A DNA stretch of 64,000 nt from Squalus acanthias. Taxonomy: Eukaryota. The notes under the pieces are model-generated. The model was not told where the DNA came from, made no database searches, and saw nothing but the letters and a program-made list of their open reading frames with translations. The stretch spans positions 124,001 to 188,000 of the forward strand of contig JASTWF010000558.1 in the NCBI GenBank assembly GCA_030390025.1. Reading direction: 5' to 3'. Shown piece by piece: positions 25,303-36,693 of this stretch (its first letter is position 1; every line of letters begins with the position of its first letter). The position numbers and the translations under genes are program-made.

Positions 25303-27919
25303 GGGGCAATTATAACTTGCTCCACCCGGTGGGAACAAGACGATAGTGGCCCGAAAATTGCGGTGCTGTACTTAGCGCTTTGTTCCCACAACACTCCTGA
25401 TGCCATTTTCGATGCCATTTTCACTGTCATTAGCGGATCTGGCTAGTTTACAACAGTAAGTACACTTTAAAAATACTTAATTGGCTGTAAAGCGCTTTGC
25501 GACATCCTGAGATTGTGAAAGGCGCTACATAAATGCAAATTCTTTCTTTACTACTGGGCAGTTCAACATGAAATGGCAATTGGAAGCGCTATTTGAAGGG
25601 ACACTCACCTGCAAGTACTCAGATCATCGGTATCTGTGTGCAGTTCTCCTGGTTGGATTTCTCCACAAGTCTTTTCATTGGAATTCACTGATTTTGAGTT
25701 CTTTTCTTCAAAACCATCAAGAAGTCCAGGGCTCAATCTTCCTGGCAACTCTACTGTAGTTGGAGGAAGAGGAGCAGCAGGTCTGGGAACCTCAAGGAGC
25801 TGCAGCTGAGGCTCTGAGGAGACCACACATGAGGGCTGCTGGCAGGCGTCCCTACCCTGCCCATAGGGTCTATACGGCCAAAGTAATTTACCTCTAGTTT
25901 TCCGAGGAGCAGTACATCAGGAGGCTGAAGAGGCTGTTACGGACTGGTGCAGCCTCTTACCACAAGACCACAACACGCTCTCTCATCTTGCCATGAATTG
26001 CCATGAGTGGCAGTCAAACTGACTATGACCCTCAACTTTTTTTTCCATATTGGGCTCTTTCCAGGCTGCATCAGTCACATTCGTCAGTCTGCAGTTCATG
26101 TCTGCATCTAACAGGTCACTGATGCCCTCTTTGCCAAGGATAAAGATTTTATAACCTTCCCCACGGACGGCAGCAGGAAAGGGCTTGTGGGCTTTGTTGC
26201 CATAGCTGGCTTCCCTCAAGTTCAGGTTGTGAATGACTGCACCCATGTAGCTGTCGGGCACTTCCCAATGAGCCGGCAGCCTTCATGAATGGGAAAGACT
26301 ACCACTCCCATCAATGTTCAGCTGGTGAGTATTCACCACCAGCGCATCATGCAGGTCTGTGCCTGGTTTCCTGGCGTCCGTCAATCATGACTCCTCCTTA
26401 CTGCACGAGGTGAACGTGTGATTGGAATGAGGAGGAGAGTTGGTACAACGCCCTTTTGTGATTGATGGAGATCCATGAGAAGGGGGGTGGTGAAGTGAAG
26501 TGTTTGGAGTGCTGGGGGAGGGGAAGTGCTGTAACCAGGGCAAATGCAGTGAAAGAAAGCTAGGATGGTGTCATTCTCATCCTTGCTGTCCAGGTCAGGT
26601 TGTTGAAACACTTGCAGCACTGAACGAATATCCTGTCTGCCACCTTCCTCGGGTCTGCTTGAGCACCTTGCTGCCATCTGAGGGGAACAGGACCTGCTCG
26701 TGTGCCTTCATCTGCTCCACAAGAGAATCAAGGAGCTCTTGCCTGTGTTAGAGGATGGTTTATCTTTATGGTTAGATGTTCTCTCTCTTCCTCAAAATCA
26801 ATAAGATTCTTAAAACGTTGAGGTCAACGATTCATAGATTTATTAAGCATGAAGTACATACAATAGTACTTAAACATACACTTAAAAGGTAATGGTTGAA
26901 GAGTCAAATGTGTTACAATTCTGAGCTCAGTATTTGAGGCTGATCAAACCCTTTCAAATCCAAATGCTCATTACAAACTGTCACTTTGTATACATTTCTC
27001 TCACTCTGGCTGCATGACAGTTAACATGTTTCTGCATTACCTGATTATACCTAAAGCTAAAATACAACTCCATATAAGGAGAATTTAATTGAATTTATTG
27101 ATAACTTCAGTTAATAACCTGGTTTCCTTACTAAGGAGCTCTTTTTCAGTCGTCTAATGAGATCGGTATAACTCACTTACTTTGTTATCTTATCAGTAAT
27201 TTTGCTCTTGTTACGTTTAATTGCTCTTCCACCAAATGAAATCTTCAATTATAAGCATGTCTTTGATTCTGTACCATTCGGCTCTGGCTCATTCCCTTCT
27301 TCTACAGATAATATTTGCCTAGATGTTTTCTTTTGCAGGACTAACTGTTGCCCTTGCATCCATTATCAGTTATTACAATCTCCCTGAAACTTAGGAACCA
27401 GTATTCAATAGTACGTCTTTAATTAAGTTCCCTTATTAAGTAGGTGATTACTTTATATTCAAACTTACCAGGAAAGTCTGGTCAGTCTCCGTTCAAAAGT
27501 TCAGTGTTCACTACATTAAAATTGAATCATACTTCCTGCTTAACAAAGGCTAAAAGCTAACATTACTACAATGTAAAGAAAAATCAATAGCATTATTACA
27601 TTAGCAGACTTCAAGTCAGTCAGATTAACCCTTTCCCTATACCTGTGCGATGTTGCTCTCCAGAAACCTCCCTGTAGCAGCACAGATTTCCACAGGGTTG
27701 ACTGACACCTTGCTTTAAGAGGTGCATTTATTCTTTAAGTGGGCATTGCTGGAAATCCCATTGTCCAACTTCTAGAAGCCTGTGGGCAGCACGTCAAAGA
27801 AATGTAAATTAAACTCGACCATTAAAATGGTACAGCCCTCAAAATGCTGACATCGGACGGGCAGCCCCTTCGCCCCGCCCACTGCCCACCCGAAAACAAC
27901 CCACAGTAAAAATCAACCC
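25303..27919 (+). mobile_element. Degraded PIF/Harbinger DNA transposon (HARBI1-like transposase plus convergent Myb-like gene), interrupted by a solo LTR
   Basis: Plus-strand frameshifted peptides RRPYPAHRVY, GSFQ, QVTDALFA, AGFPQVQVVNDCTHVA, INVQLV, RIMQVCAWFPG..HDS (DDE_Tnp_4). Minus-strand MKAHEQVLFPSDGSK (Myb-like). Termini ggggcaattataac / gtaaaaatcaaccc. Confidence 0.85.
26746..27641 (-). mobile_element. Probable solo LTR (about 896 bp)
   Basis: Flanked by the direct repeat CCTG (26742-26745, 27642-27645). On the minus strand it starts TATAGGG (probably mutated TG) and ends CTAACA, with AATAAA about 95 nt from its 3' end. Confidence 0.65.
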
Positions 27920-28382
27920 TGTACTTTCCTTCACAATCCATCCAAAATTGTGAGGTAATAGCCTGCAATTTTTCTTTTGAGGAAGTCAGACAATCCTTTT
28001 TGCTTCCCCACACTCTCCCCCCTCGGCGTTTTCTGTACGTGTGTCAAATACAAATATGACGTCGTAAGGCAATGTAATTTTTATAACCAAATGACCTTAC
28101 TCTTAATTTGTTTAGTTAGTCTTATATACAAAGTAAATGCCAATCGCGATCAGTTATGAGTATGAGGCGGTAGCGTTGGTTGTAAACTCCAGTTTGCTAG
28201 GTAGGTAGCTGATCTTATAGATACTCTGGTCCACCAACATGAGAATGAACCGTTAGAACCTCCGCTCTCCAATGATGAGCTGTTGCTTGTAGTTTTCATG
28301 GATGTGGTCGACATTCCTTCCTCTCTTTCTGATGTATCCTTCCCTCGGTTCTAACAATTCATGCATTCGCCTCTGCTTCCAG

Positions 28383-28442
28383 GTGGAAAGTTCTTTCAAT
28401 TACTTGGAGATCAACGCAATCAATGCTGTTGACCACAATCAG
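28383..28442 (+). CDS. CARMIL2: CARMIL exon (probable exon 4): VESSFNYLEINAINAVDHNQ
   Basis: ttccAG acceptor, CAG|GTAAGC donor, 60 nt, phase 0-0. Matches the CARMIL F(S/N)xLE(I/V) PH-domain motif. Confidence 0.92.
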
Positions 28443-30899
28443 GTAAGCAGATTAATCATTATGTAGGATGTTGCTAAATAAGTCCCCTGTTAACACTGAA
28501 CGGGTTCAGAAGCACAGCAACATGTTTGTATTAAATAACCAAATTGCTGTAAAGAATGTGACAAAAAAACAGAGGTGCTAAAATAAGACTTCAGATTTTT
28601 TTGTCAATCCTCAGAAGCTGCAGTGCATTTTATGTAAGAGTTTGCAAATGACTTCTATGTGATCCGTTTGCTATCTTGTTTTTAATCGTATCTTTCATTA
28701 GAGTTGTGGAACATTAGTTTGGAACAGGTGTTTGCTGAATGTTTTGGCAAACGTTGCTTGCAATTTTTTTTCTACACATTATTGAGGATAGAAAATACAT
28801 TTTCATTGCTTTAATTTAAAACTGTCAAAGATAACCCCTCATTAAAATGAAATATGATACGGTATATGCTGTAGGATAGATACGACGACCTGCTGGGATT
28901 GGGCTAAGCATTTCGCATATAAGATGATGTTCTGAGCTGCAAGAAATTGCTGCTGTTCCTATTTGCTGCATTTCCCCTGTCGACAGTCAATGCACTAACC
29001 TCACATGCTCTTTGCAACATTGGCTGCTTTCACACAGTCTGGGTTTAGATAGTTGGGAGGGTTATTAATAAGCAAAGAGAATTTGCATGTTACCATTAGA
29101 AATATTGCATAAAAATGGCCTTCACTGATTCGTCTAAATAAATTAAACATGAAGATGTGGACTGCCTTCATTTGTATAATGTGTAAAGCTCTTTGATAAT
29201 ACAAGAGAAGGATTGCAGCAGCCTAGAAACTGTGACAAGGTAAGAGAGTCCAAATTTATCTTTAAATGCCAATGTAAAATGTTATACTGACAGATAATTA
29301 TAAAGATCTATATGTGGGCTGCAGTACAATTCCATTCACCTACCATGATATTCACAGTTGCAATTTACAGGTGGCCTTGTAAACTGTCTACTGCCTTGTT
29401 TACTTCCCTACTTCATGATTATGTTGTACGTTTATGATATACTGTATTGCGGGATTAACCTGGATGAAAGCCAAAATATTACTACAGCCCCAAATCTGGA
29501 GAAAACCACAATCGCTGTTATTACAGAGTGCATCAAATGAGAAGCCGTCCAAAAGTTAGCTCAGCTGTTGTAGCCATATTCATGTTCCTGAAGTTTTTGA
29601 AGTCAAGAACATAATTGACAGATAAAACCAATGAGATTGTGTCTCCTGTGTAGGTCCCACTGTGCGTAGTGGTGTACATAATCATGTCTCATTCGAGCTG
29701 GGTATAGTTGCTATGAGCAATATTCTGACAACTATGACTGAGCCAATTTAGAGTTTGGAGAAAGCAACAGCATAAATGGTTCAGCAGGTAAAATGGATTC
29801 TGAACTTTGGAGACCCAGTGGAGTACTGTGCTCTAACTGACCACTGTGAGGTGCACATATCGAGCTGGGGATGACTTGTCTGTTGACTTGCCCTATCTCC
29901 CTGTGGTGAAGTGCCTCCCCTTCCCCCTCCCCTTCCAGCAGCATGTCTACCCAACATCACAGACGAGACCACAAACTTATGTTTGGAACACCGATGATGA
30001 AGGCTGATACTTGTTCCAGGAGTTCAAATGACATTGTTACCCACAAGAGCAAACTTTAAGTACATGGCAATTGTGATGTTAAATGACATTCATTTTTTTA
30101 ACCATCCATAATTTTTATGATACATACAATATTCTCAATAAAATAATACCAGTTAAAAGTAGAGCTGAAATACCAATCACAGATTGTTAGAGGCTTCTGT
30201 AATATTACCGTCAGCTGAGTCACATGATGGTAGAATAAGAGAATTGTTTTGCGGTTATAAAGCAGAATTATAAAATAATTAGGAGCTTAGTATATTTAAC
30301 TGAGTTTTACTTTCATGCCCTGAAATAATTCTCATTCAGCAAATATGAAAATTCCAACAATGTTTGGAGAATAATTGAATATGTGCTTTTGGCTCAAAGT
30401 GGACACTAGAAAATAGATAAATCAAGGATACACATTGGGGCTCTATTGAATATGTTATTCATCCAAAGGATCGACTTGGTCAAATATGCACAAGACTTCA
30501 TACAAATATCAACTCCACTGAATTTTTTTTGGTTCATATTGTGGATGCAAATAAAAATCACTTACTTCAGATTAATAAAAAAATGTAAAATAAATCAGAG
30601 TGGACTTGCAGCCGATGTAGTATAGTGAAATCAGATGCTATAGGAATGCAATGGAAGGAGCTGGAATTTGATGATTTTACTCTCAGACTGCTGACAGATC
30701 CAGAGAAATGTCAGAATCCCTGGCCAGTAGGTTTCCTAAGTTGCAAGTTCACTGATATGAAACAAACACTAATATTATAGCAGTAACATTATTGAAATAT
30801 CAATAGTAACTTTATTACTGGAATAGCAATCACACACACAACAGAAAAAAACACATTTCATTTACATTTTTTTTCTCTGTCTTGCACATTTGGTCCCTT

Positions 30900-31250
30900 C
30901 CCTTTCTGTTTTCTCTTGAAGGTGTTGATGTATTGCTGAGGTACGGTTTCAAGGATGCTGCTGGTCCTCCAGTATCTCCTTTACCTGGCCAGTGTTCACG
31001 TGGGAGCCTTGGCAGTGTCAGTCAGCTATTCAGCAGCAGGGACCATCACGGCTGAGCCTGATCCTGTTCTCACTTGACATCCACATCCATGAGGGGGTTG
31101 CTGGATAACAATCTGCAACAGGACCCCTGGCCAGTTTCTCCCCAGCCCAGGGGTATTGAGACCAATTACAATTGTCCTCCTGCTTGCTCCCTCAGCTGAG
31201 ATCAGCAAACTCAGCATAAAAAAGGATAGAACTTTGAACTTTCCTGGTCA
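30900..31250 (-). mobile_element. AmnSINE2-like tRNA-derived SINE
   Basis: ccaattacaa...cagctgagatcagcaaactcagca core, reverse complement of 43015-43400. Confidence 0.65.
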
Positions 31251-31859
31251 TTACAAAACATGCAACATTTTAAATAAAATTTAAATAACAATATATTTAA
31301 ATCCTTTACTTCGTGCCTTGCTTTCCCTTAGCCCCATAGTCTCTCTCTTTTGTTTTTATTTTAACTGTAATTTTACATTTTGCTATCTAATTTACTTATT
31401 TCTTTTTTTTTAAAAGAAGTCTTAAACCATTTCCAACATCCAGTTTTTTTTTACGCCATTAAATGTCAGCATCTGACCAATCAATGACATAGTTGCAGAC
31501 ACAACACGGTCAAATTTCAAGAATGCACCAAAACAGGAGTAGCAGCCGCTGGACTCATTTACCAATCGGAGGCTCACAGAGTTGGGCGAGTAATCTACAC
31601 TATGCTGAGGATTGAAAAGTCTTTGTTCAATGTGTTTTCACATTTCATGGTGATGCCATCACATTCTAACTATTAGAGCTACACTTTCTCCAATCAGTTC
31701 TGAGGAGAATGTGTAAATACTCTTATCCACACTTAGCTACTTATCAGTTATATCAGCTCAGCCCACATATAGCCTGTAAATCAAATTCCTCCCCATCCCA
31801 CAGGCTCTTTATAATGCATCCTCTAGTTATAGCACCTACAGAAGTTAATGATTAATGCC

Positions 31860-33300
31860 TAAGGTAAGGAGTGAACAATAGGAGGTAAAGTATAGCACTG
31901 GATAAAATATTTTCCTAAAATTGTAAACATGACCTGCCTATAAGTGTAAGTTTTTGAGGCTGGAAGGAGATTACTAGTGGGACACCCCAGGGATTGGTCT
32001 TGCGACCCTTGCTATTCTTAAAATCAAAAATGCGTAATTCTGGCAAGAATATCCTGGAAGGGATGGATACTAGATTAGGACCCTAATACTCCAGGAATTT
32101 CCTCCCTGAACCTTTCCTCCTCTCTACCTCTCTTTCCTCATTTAAGATGCTCCTTAAAACCTACACCTTTGACCAAGCTCTGCCCTAATACCTCCTTATG
32201 TGGCTCGGTGTCACATTTTGTTTGATAATCACTCCTGTGAAGTGCCTTGGGACATTTTACTATATTAAAGGTGCTATATAAATGCAAGTTGTTGTTGTCT
32301 TGGCCTACGCCACAATTTGCGGCATATTTTACAAGGCAGATGTCATGGATGTATCCTTAATGGTATGGGCACCCACTAATGGCCTCCAAATAAAGGGACC
32401 TTCCCCATATCCCACATAGGGTCAGCAACGGAGGTCAACAGTGGGTCACAATCCTGACCTGACCTAAATGCAGCGCAATCAATGGCTTGCAGACTTTCAA
32501 GCCAAATATATATTGATGTCTTGGAGAAGGGCACAGTAAGTAAAATCTCCAAGTTTGGAGCTGATACAAAACGAGTAGGCAAGGATCAATAACGAGGACC
32601 AATGCAACCAGAATTCGTTGAACCATAGATGTTTAAAGCATAGAAGGAGGCTGTTCGGCCATCATGTCTGTGGTGGCTCTTTGCGAGAGCAATCCAAAAA
32701 TGATCCCATTGCCCTGTTCTTTCTCCATAACTCTAACCTTTTGAACTTTCTATCATTGTTCCTACATTTCCTCTTATACAGTAGCTGTAAATTCTTGTAA
32801 CAACCTCCAGTGAGACACCTTATTATGACTGTCTTCTGAAAATCCACATACACTACATTTACTGGAGTTCCTTTATCTAAAGAATCTGGCACTTCTTAAA
32901 AATACTCTTGAAGGCAAATCACGTTTGACAAATTTAACAGATCTGTGCTGGCTGTCCTTGATTAAGCTGTGCTTCTATACATTCAGAAGGATTTAGATCT
33001 TTAAGGTAACTCGGGCAATAGGCAGCAGATACAATTCAATGTAGGTAAGTCTAAAGTAATTACTATGAAACCAAAAGAGGCAATGAAAGTGATACAGTAT
33101 GCAGATCAGGAAAAGGGTTATGGTGGTTAAATTTATGAAACTGTGACGACAATCTTTAGTTGCAGTAAAAAAATAAATGAGCTGCATTAGCAGAGGGACA
33201 GGTAAAAATCTAAAATATTTATAGTTTTGCTGTATAAGTCCCCATCTGGAGTGCTGTGTACAGTTATGTAGTTTTGGTAACCTATTACAATGGCATTAGG
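31860..33300. mobile_element. Mosaic of degraded CR1 fragments (both strands) and an L2-type 3' end (32090-32300)
   Basis: CR1-like accccagggattgg and tccaagtttggagctgatac remnants; minus ORF DKGTPVNVVYVDFQK; L2 tail gcaagttgttgttg. Confidence 0.65.
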
Positions 33301-33324
33301 CTCAACAAGTCCATCCTATCCAGA

Positions 33325-35043
33325 TATCCTATAAAAAGTGAGTCTGGGGAATTAATAATGGAAAATAAGGAGATGGCAGTTGAATTGAACAGGTATTTTG
33401 CATCGGTCTTCACTATAGAGGATACAAGTAACATCCCAGAAATAGCTGTAAATCAGAAAATGGAAGGGAGGGAGGAACTCAAGAAAATTATAATCACCAG
33501 GGAAGTGGTACTGAGCAAATTGTTGGAGCTGCAGGTTGACAAGTCCCCGGGTCCTGATGGACTTCATCCTAGGGTCTTAAAAGAAGTAGCTAGTGAGATA
33601 GTTGATGCGTTGGTTTTAATTTTCCAAAATTCCCTTGATTCGGGGAAGGTTCCATTAGATTGGAAAATAGCAAATGTAACTCCTTTATTCAAAAAGGGAG
33701 GGAGACAGAAAGCAGGAAACTACAGGCCAGTTAGCTTAACATCTGTCATAGGGAAGATGTTAGAAGCTATTATTAAAGACGTTATAGCAGGGCACTTAGA
33801 AAAGTTCAAAGTAATCAGGCAGAGTCAACATGGTTTTGTGCAAGAAAAATCATGTTTAACCAATTTATTGGAGTTCTTTGAGGAAGTAACATGTGCTGTG
33901 GATAAAGGGGAACGTGTGGATGTACTTTTCCAGAAGGCATTTGGTGGGGTGCCACATCAAAGGTTATTGCGGAAAATAAAAGCTCATGGTGTAGGGGGTA
34001 ACATATTGGCTAGCTAACAGGAAACAGAGAGTAGGCATAAATAGGTCATTTTCTGATTGGCAAGATGTAACGAGTGATGTGCCACAGGGATCAGTGCTGG
34101 GGCCGCAACTTTTTACAATTTATATAAATGACTTGGATGAAGGGACTGAAGGTATGGTTGCTAAATTTGCTGATGACACAAAGATAGGTAGGAAAGTAAA
34201 TTGTGAAGAGGACATAAGGAGGCTACAAAGGGATATAGATAGGTTAAGTTAGTGGGAAAAGATCTGGCAAATGGAGTATAATGTGGGAAAATGTGAAGTT
34301 GTCCATTTTGGCAGGAAGAATAAAAAAGAAGCATATTATCTAAATGGTGAGAGATTGCAGAGCTCTGAGATGCAGAAGGATCTGGGTGTCCTAGTGCATG
34401 AATCGCAAAAGGTTACTATGCAGGTACAGCAAGTCATTAGGAAAGCTAATAGAATGTTATCGTTTATTGCGAAGGTTTACTAGACTAATACCTGGAATGG
34501 GCGGGTTGTCTTATGAGGAAAGGTTGGACAGGCTAAGCTTGTATCCGCTGGAGTTTAGAAGAGTAAGGGGTGACTTGCTTGAAACATATAAGATCCTGAG
34601 GGGTCTGGACAGGGTGGATGTGGAGAGGATGTTTCCTCTTGTGGGAGAATCTAGAACTAGGGTCACTGTTTAAAAATAAGGGTCATGATGCGGAGATGCC
34701 GGCGTTGGACTGGGGTGGACAAAAATGAGAAGTCGCACAACACCAGGTTATAGTCCAACAGATTTAAAAATAAGGGGTCGCCCATTTAAGACAGATGAGA
34801 AATTTTTTCTCTCAAAAGGTCATGAGTCTTTGGAACTCTCTTCCTCAGAGGGCGGTGGAAGCAGAGTCTTTGAACATTTTTAAGGCAGAGGTAGATAGAT
34901 TCTTGGTAAACAAGGGGGTGAAAAGTTATTGGGGGTAGGCGGGAATGTGGAGTAATCGGATCAGCCATGATCTTATTGAATGGCGGAGCAGGCTCGAAGG
35001 GCCGAATGGCCTACTCTTGCTCCTAATTCGTATGTTCGTATAT
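33325..35043 (+). mobile_element. 5'-truncated CR1 LINE (RT), with an internal deletion and a small insertion
   Basis: ORF 33256-34017 [25 protein letters not shown]; FADDTK at about 34165; tail tcgtatgttcgtat. Confidence 0.95.
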
Positions 35044-35500
35044 AGTGATACATTTTGGTAGGAAGAATAAGGAGAGACAATACAAGGTAAATGGTACAAT
35101 TTTAAAGGGGGCGCAACAACAGAGAGACCTGGGGGTGTTCGTGCACAAATCTTTGAAGGTGGCAGGACAGGTTAAGAAAGCAGTTAATCAAGCACATGGG
35201 ATCCTGGGCTTTATAAATCGAGGCATCGAGTACAAAAGCCAGGAAGTTATGCTAAACCTATATAAAACACTAATTCGGCCCCAGCTGGATTATTGTGTCC
35301 AATTCTGGCCACCACACTTTAGGATGGATGTGAAGGCTTTGGAGAGGTTACAGAAGAGATTTACTAGAATGGTTCCAGGGATGACGGATTGCAGTTACAT
35401 GGATAGACTGGAGACGCTGGGATTGTTCTCCTTAGAGCAGAGAAGGCTAAGAGGCAATTTGATAGAGGTGCTTCAAATCATGAAAGGTTTAGATAGAGTC
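35044..35500 (+). mobile_element. Second CR1 ORF2 C-terminal fragment abutting the previous element
   Basis: ORF IHFGRKN...YKTLIRPQLDYCVQFW...EQRRLRG. Confidence 0.9.
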
Positions 35501-35504
35501 AGAG

Positions 35505-35790
35505 TGGCGACTATTGGCCTCAGTACCTGTGCTTTAATAAAGGAAAAAAACAGCCCGGGGTTCTGCTTCCAATTATTATCCACCAGCCCCCTGTTGGAAA
35601 GTGCAGATGTACGCACAGTGGGTTGGGCCTGGCTGTGATCCACCATCCACCTCATGATGGAATAGCCTGCTGACACACTCAGAAAGCTCACACACAAATA
35701 ATAACCATTCAGATGAGGTATCAGAGGTTGCCCGGTGCGCACTGAACCATACTCCGCCAAGGAGTCAATGCCCCTAGGGAGGGAAGAAAA
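35505..35790 (+). mobile_element. AmnSINE2-like SINE fragment
   Basis: attggcctcagt...ggaaagtgcag...aatagcctgctgacacactc. Confidence 0.6.
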
Positions 35791-36693
35791 ACTGACAGAG
35801 AATTTTTTTTTTTTAAAGTGCCAAACAAATGCGCCCCTTCAAGCAAAATACAAACCTGTTAAAGTACTCTACCGTTCGAGTTTTGTGGTTTAGAGTTGTA
35901 AGGGACAAAAAAATTGTAAAACAAAAAGTAAAAGATGACGTTCATTGAACAGAATGACATTTATGTTGCAGCAAAACCACTAAAATGGCATGTTGATCTC
36001 ATTCTGAAATGTAGCAGGAAATAATGTGCTCAGGTCAAAAGATTTTATCACTGTTGCACAATGGAAAACAGACTCACTACCTCTTGGGCAGACATGCGTC
36101 ACACTGCTTTGCATAACCACTAATTTTACTTAAAGTTCTCCCTCCTTCGATCTTTTGAAGAACTGTCCTTGAAATAATAGCACAAGCACAGTTTGTTCTG
36201 CAATAATTTTCATCCAAATTGATATCTTGTAAAAAAAAAATCCCCTGATTGGGGTTACAAACATGCGAAAATTTACATGTGATAAAGTGATGATGGTACA
36301 TTATTAGGGCTGTTCTACAAAATTGCACTTCCATCGTTTGCTGGGAGTGCATATCCTGGCGTGCACCCCATGATCTTTCAACATGTACAAACATCAATAA
36401 AATCGACTCTCGTCAGTCTCTTTCGGTCATGGATGATTCAGCATGAAACAAGTGATGTTCCTTATTTATATTTGCTTACTTGACAGTATAATGGGGCTGA
36501 ATTTGCAGTCGGAGGCTTCCCGTGGACGGATGCCTCCGACCAGCAAAATATCTACGCACTTACCTGGTAGTCCCGGAGTTTCGGACACTTGCGCTCCTGG
36601 GCCTCTATGTGTAGACCTGCGTAGAGGCCCACGTATCCCAGGGGTGCATGCGGTTCGCAAGTGCCCCTGGGATCACGTGGGCCGGCCCAACCA

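Noticed and set aside
28163-28187. tgaggcggtagcgttggttgtaaac, superficially let-7-like (similar motif near 24625)
   Set aside because: The seed differs from GAGGUAG and no complementary arm is visible.
28272-28334. ATGATGA...CTGA as a C/D box snoRNA
   Set aside because: No convincing terminal stem or recognisable guide sequence; these motifs are expected by chance.
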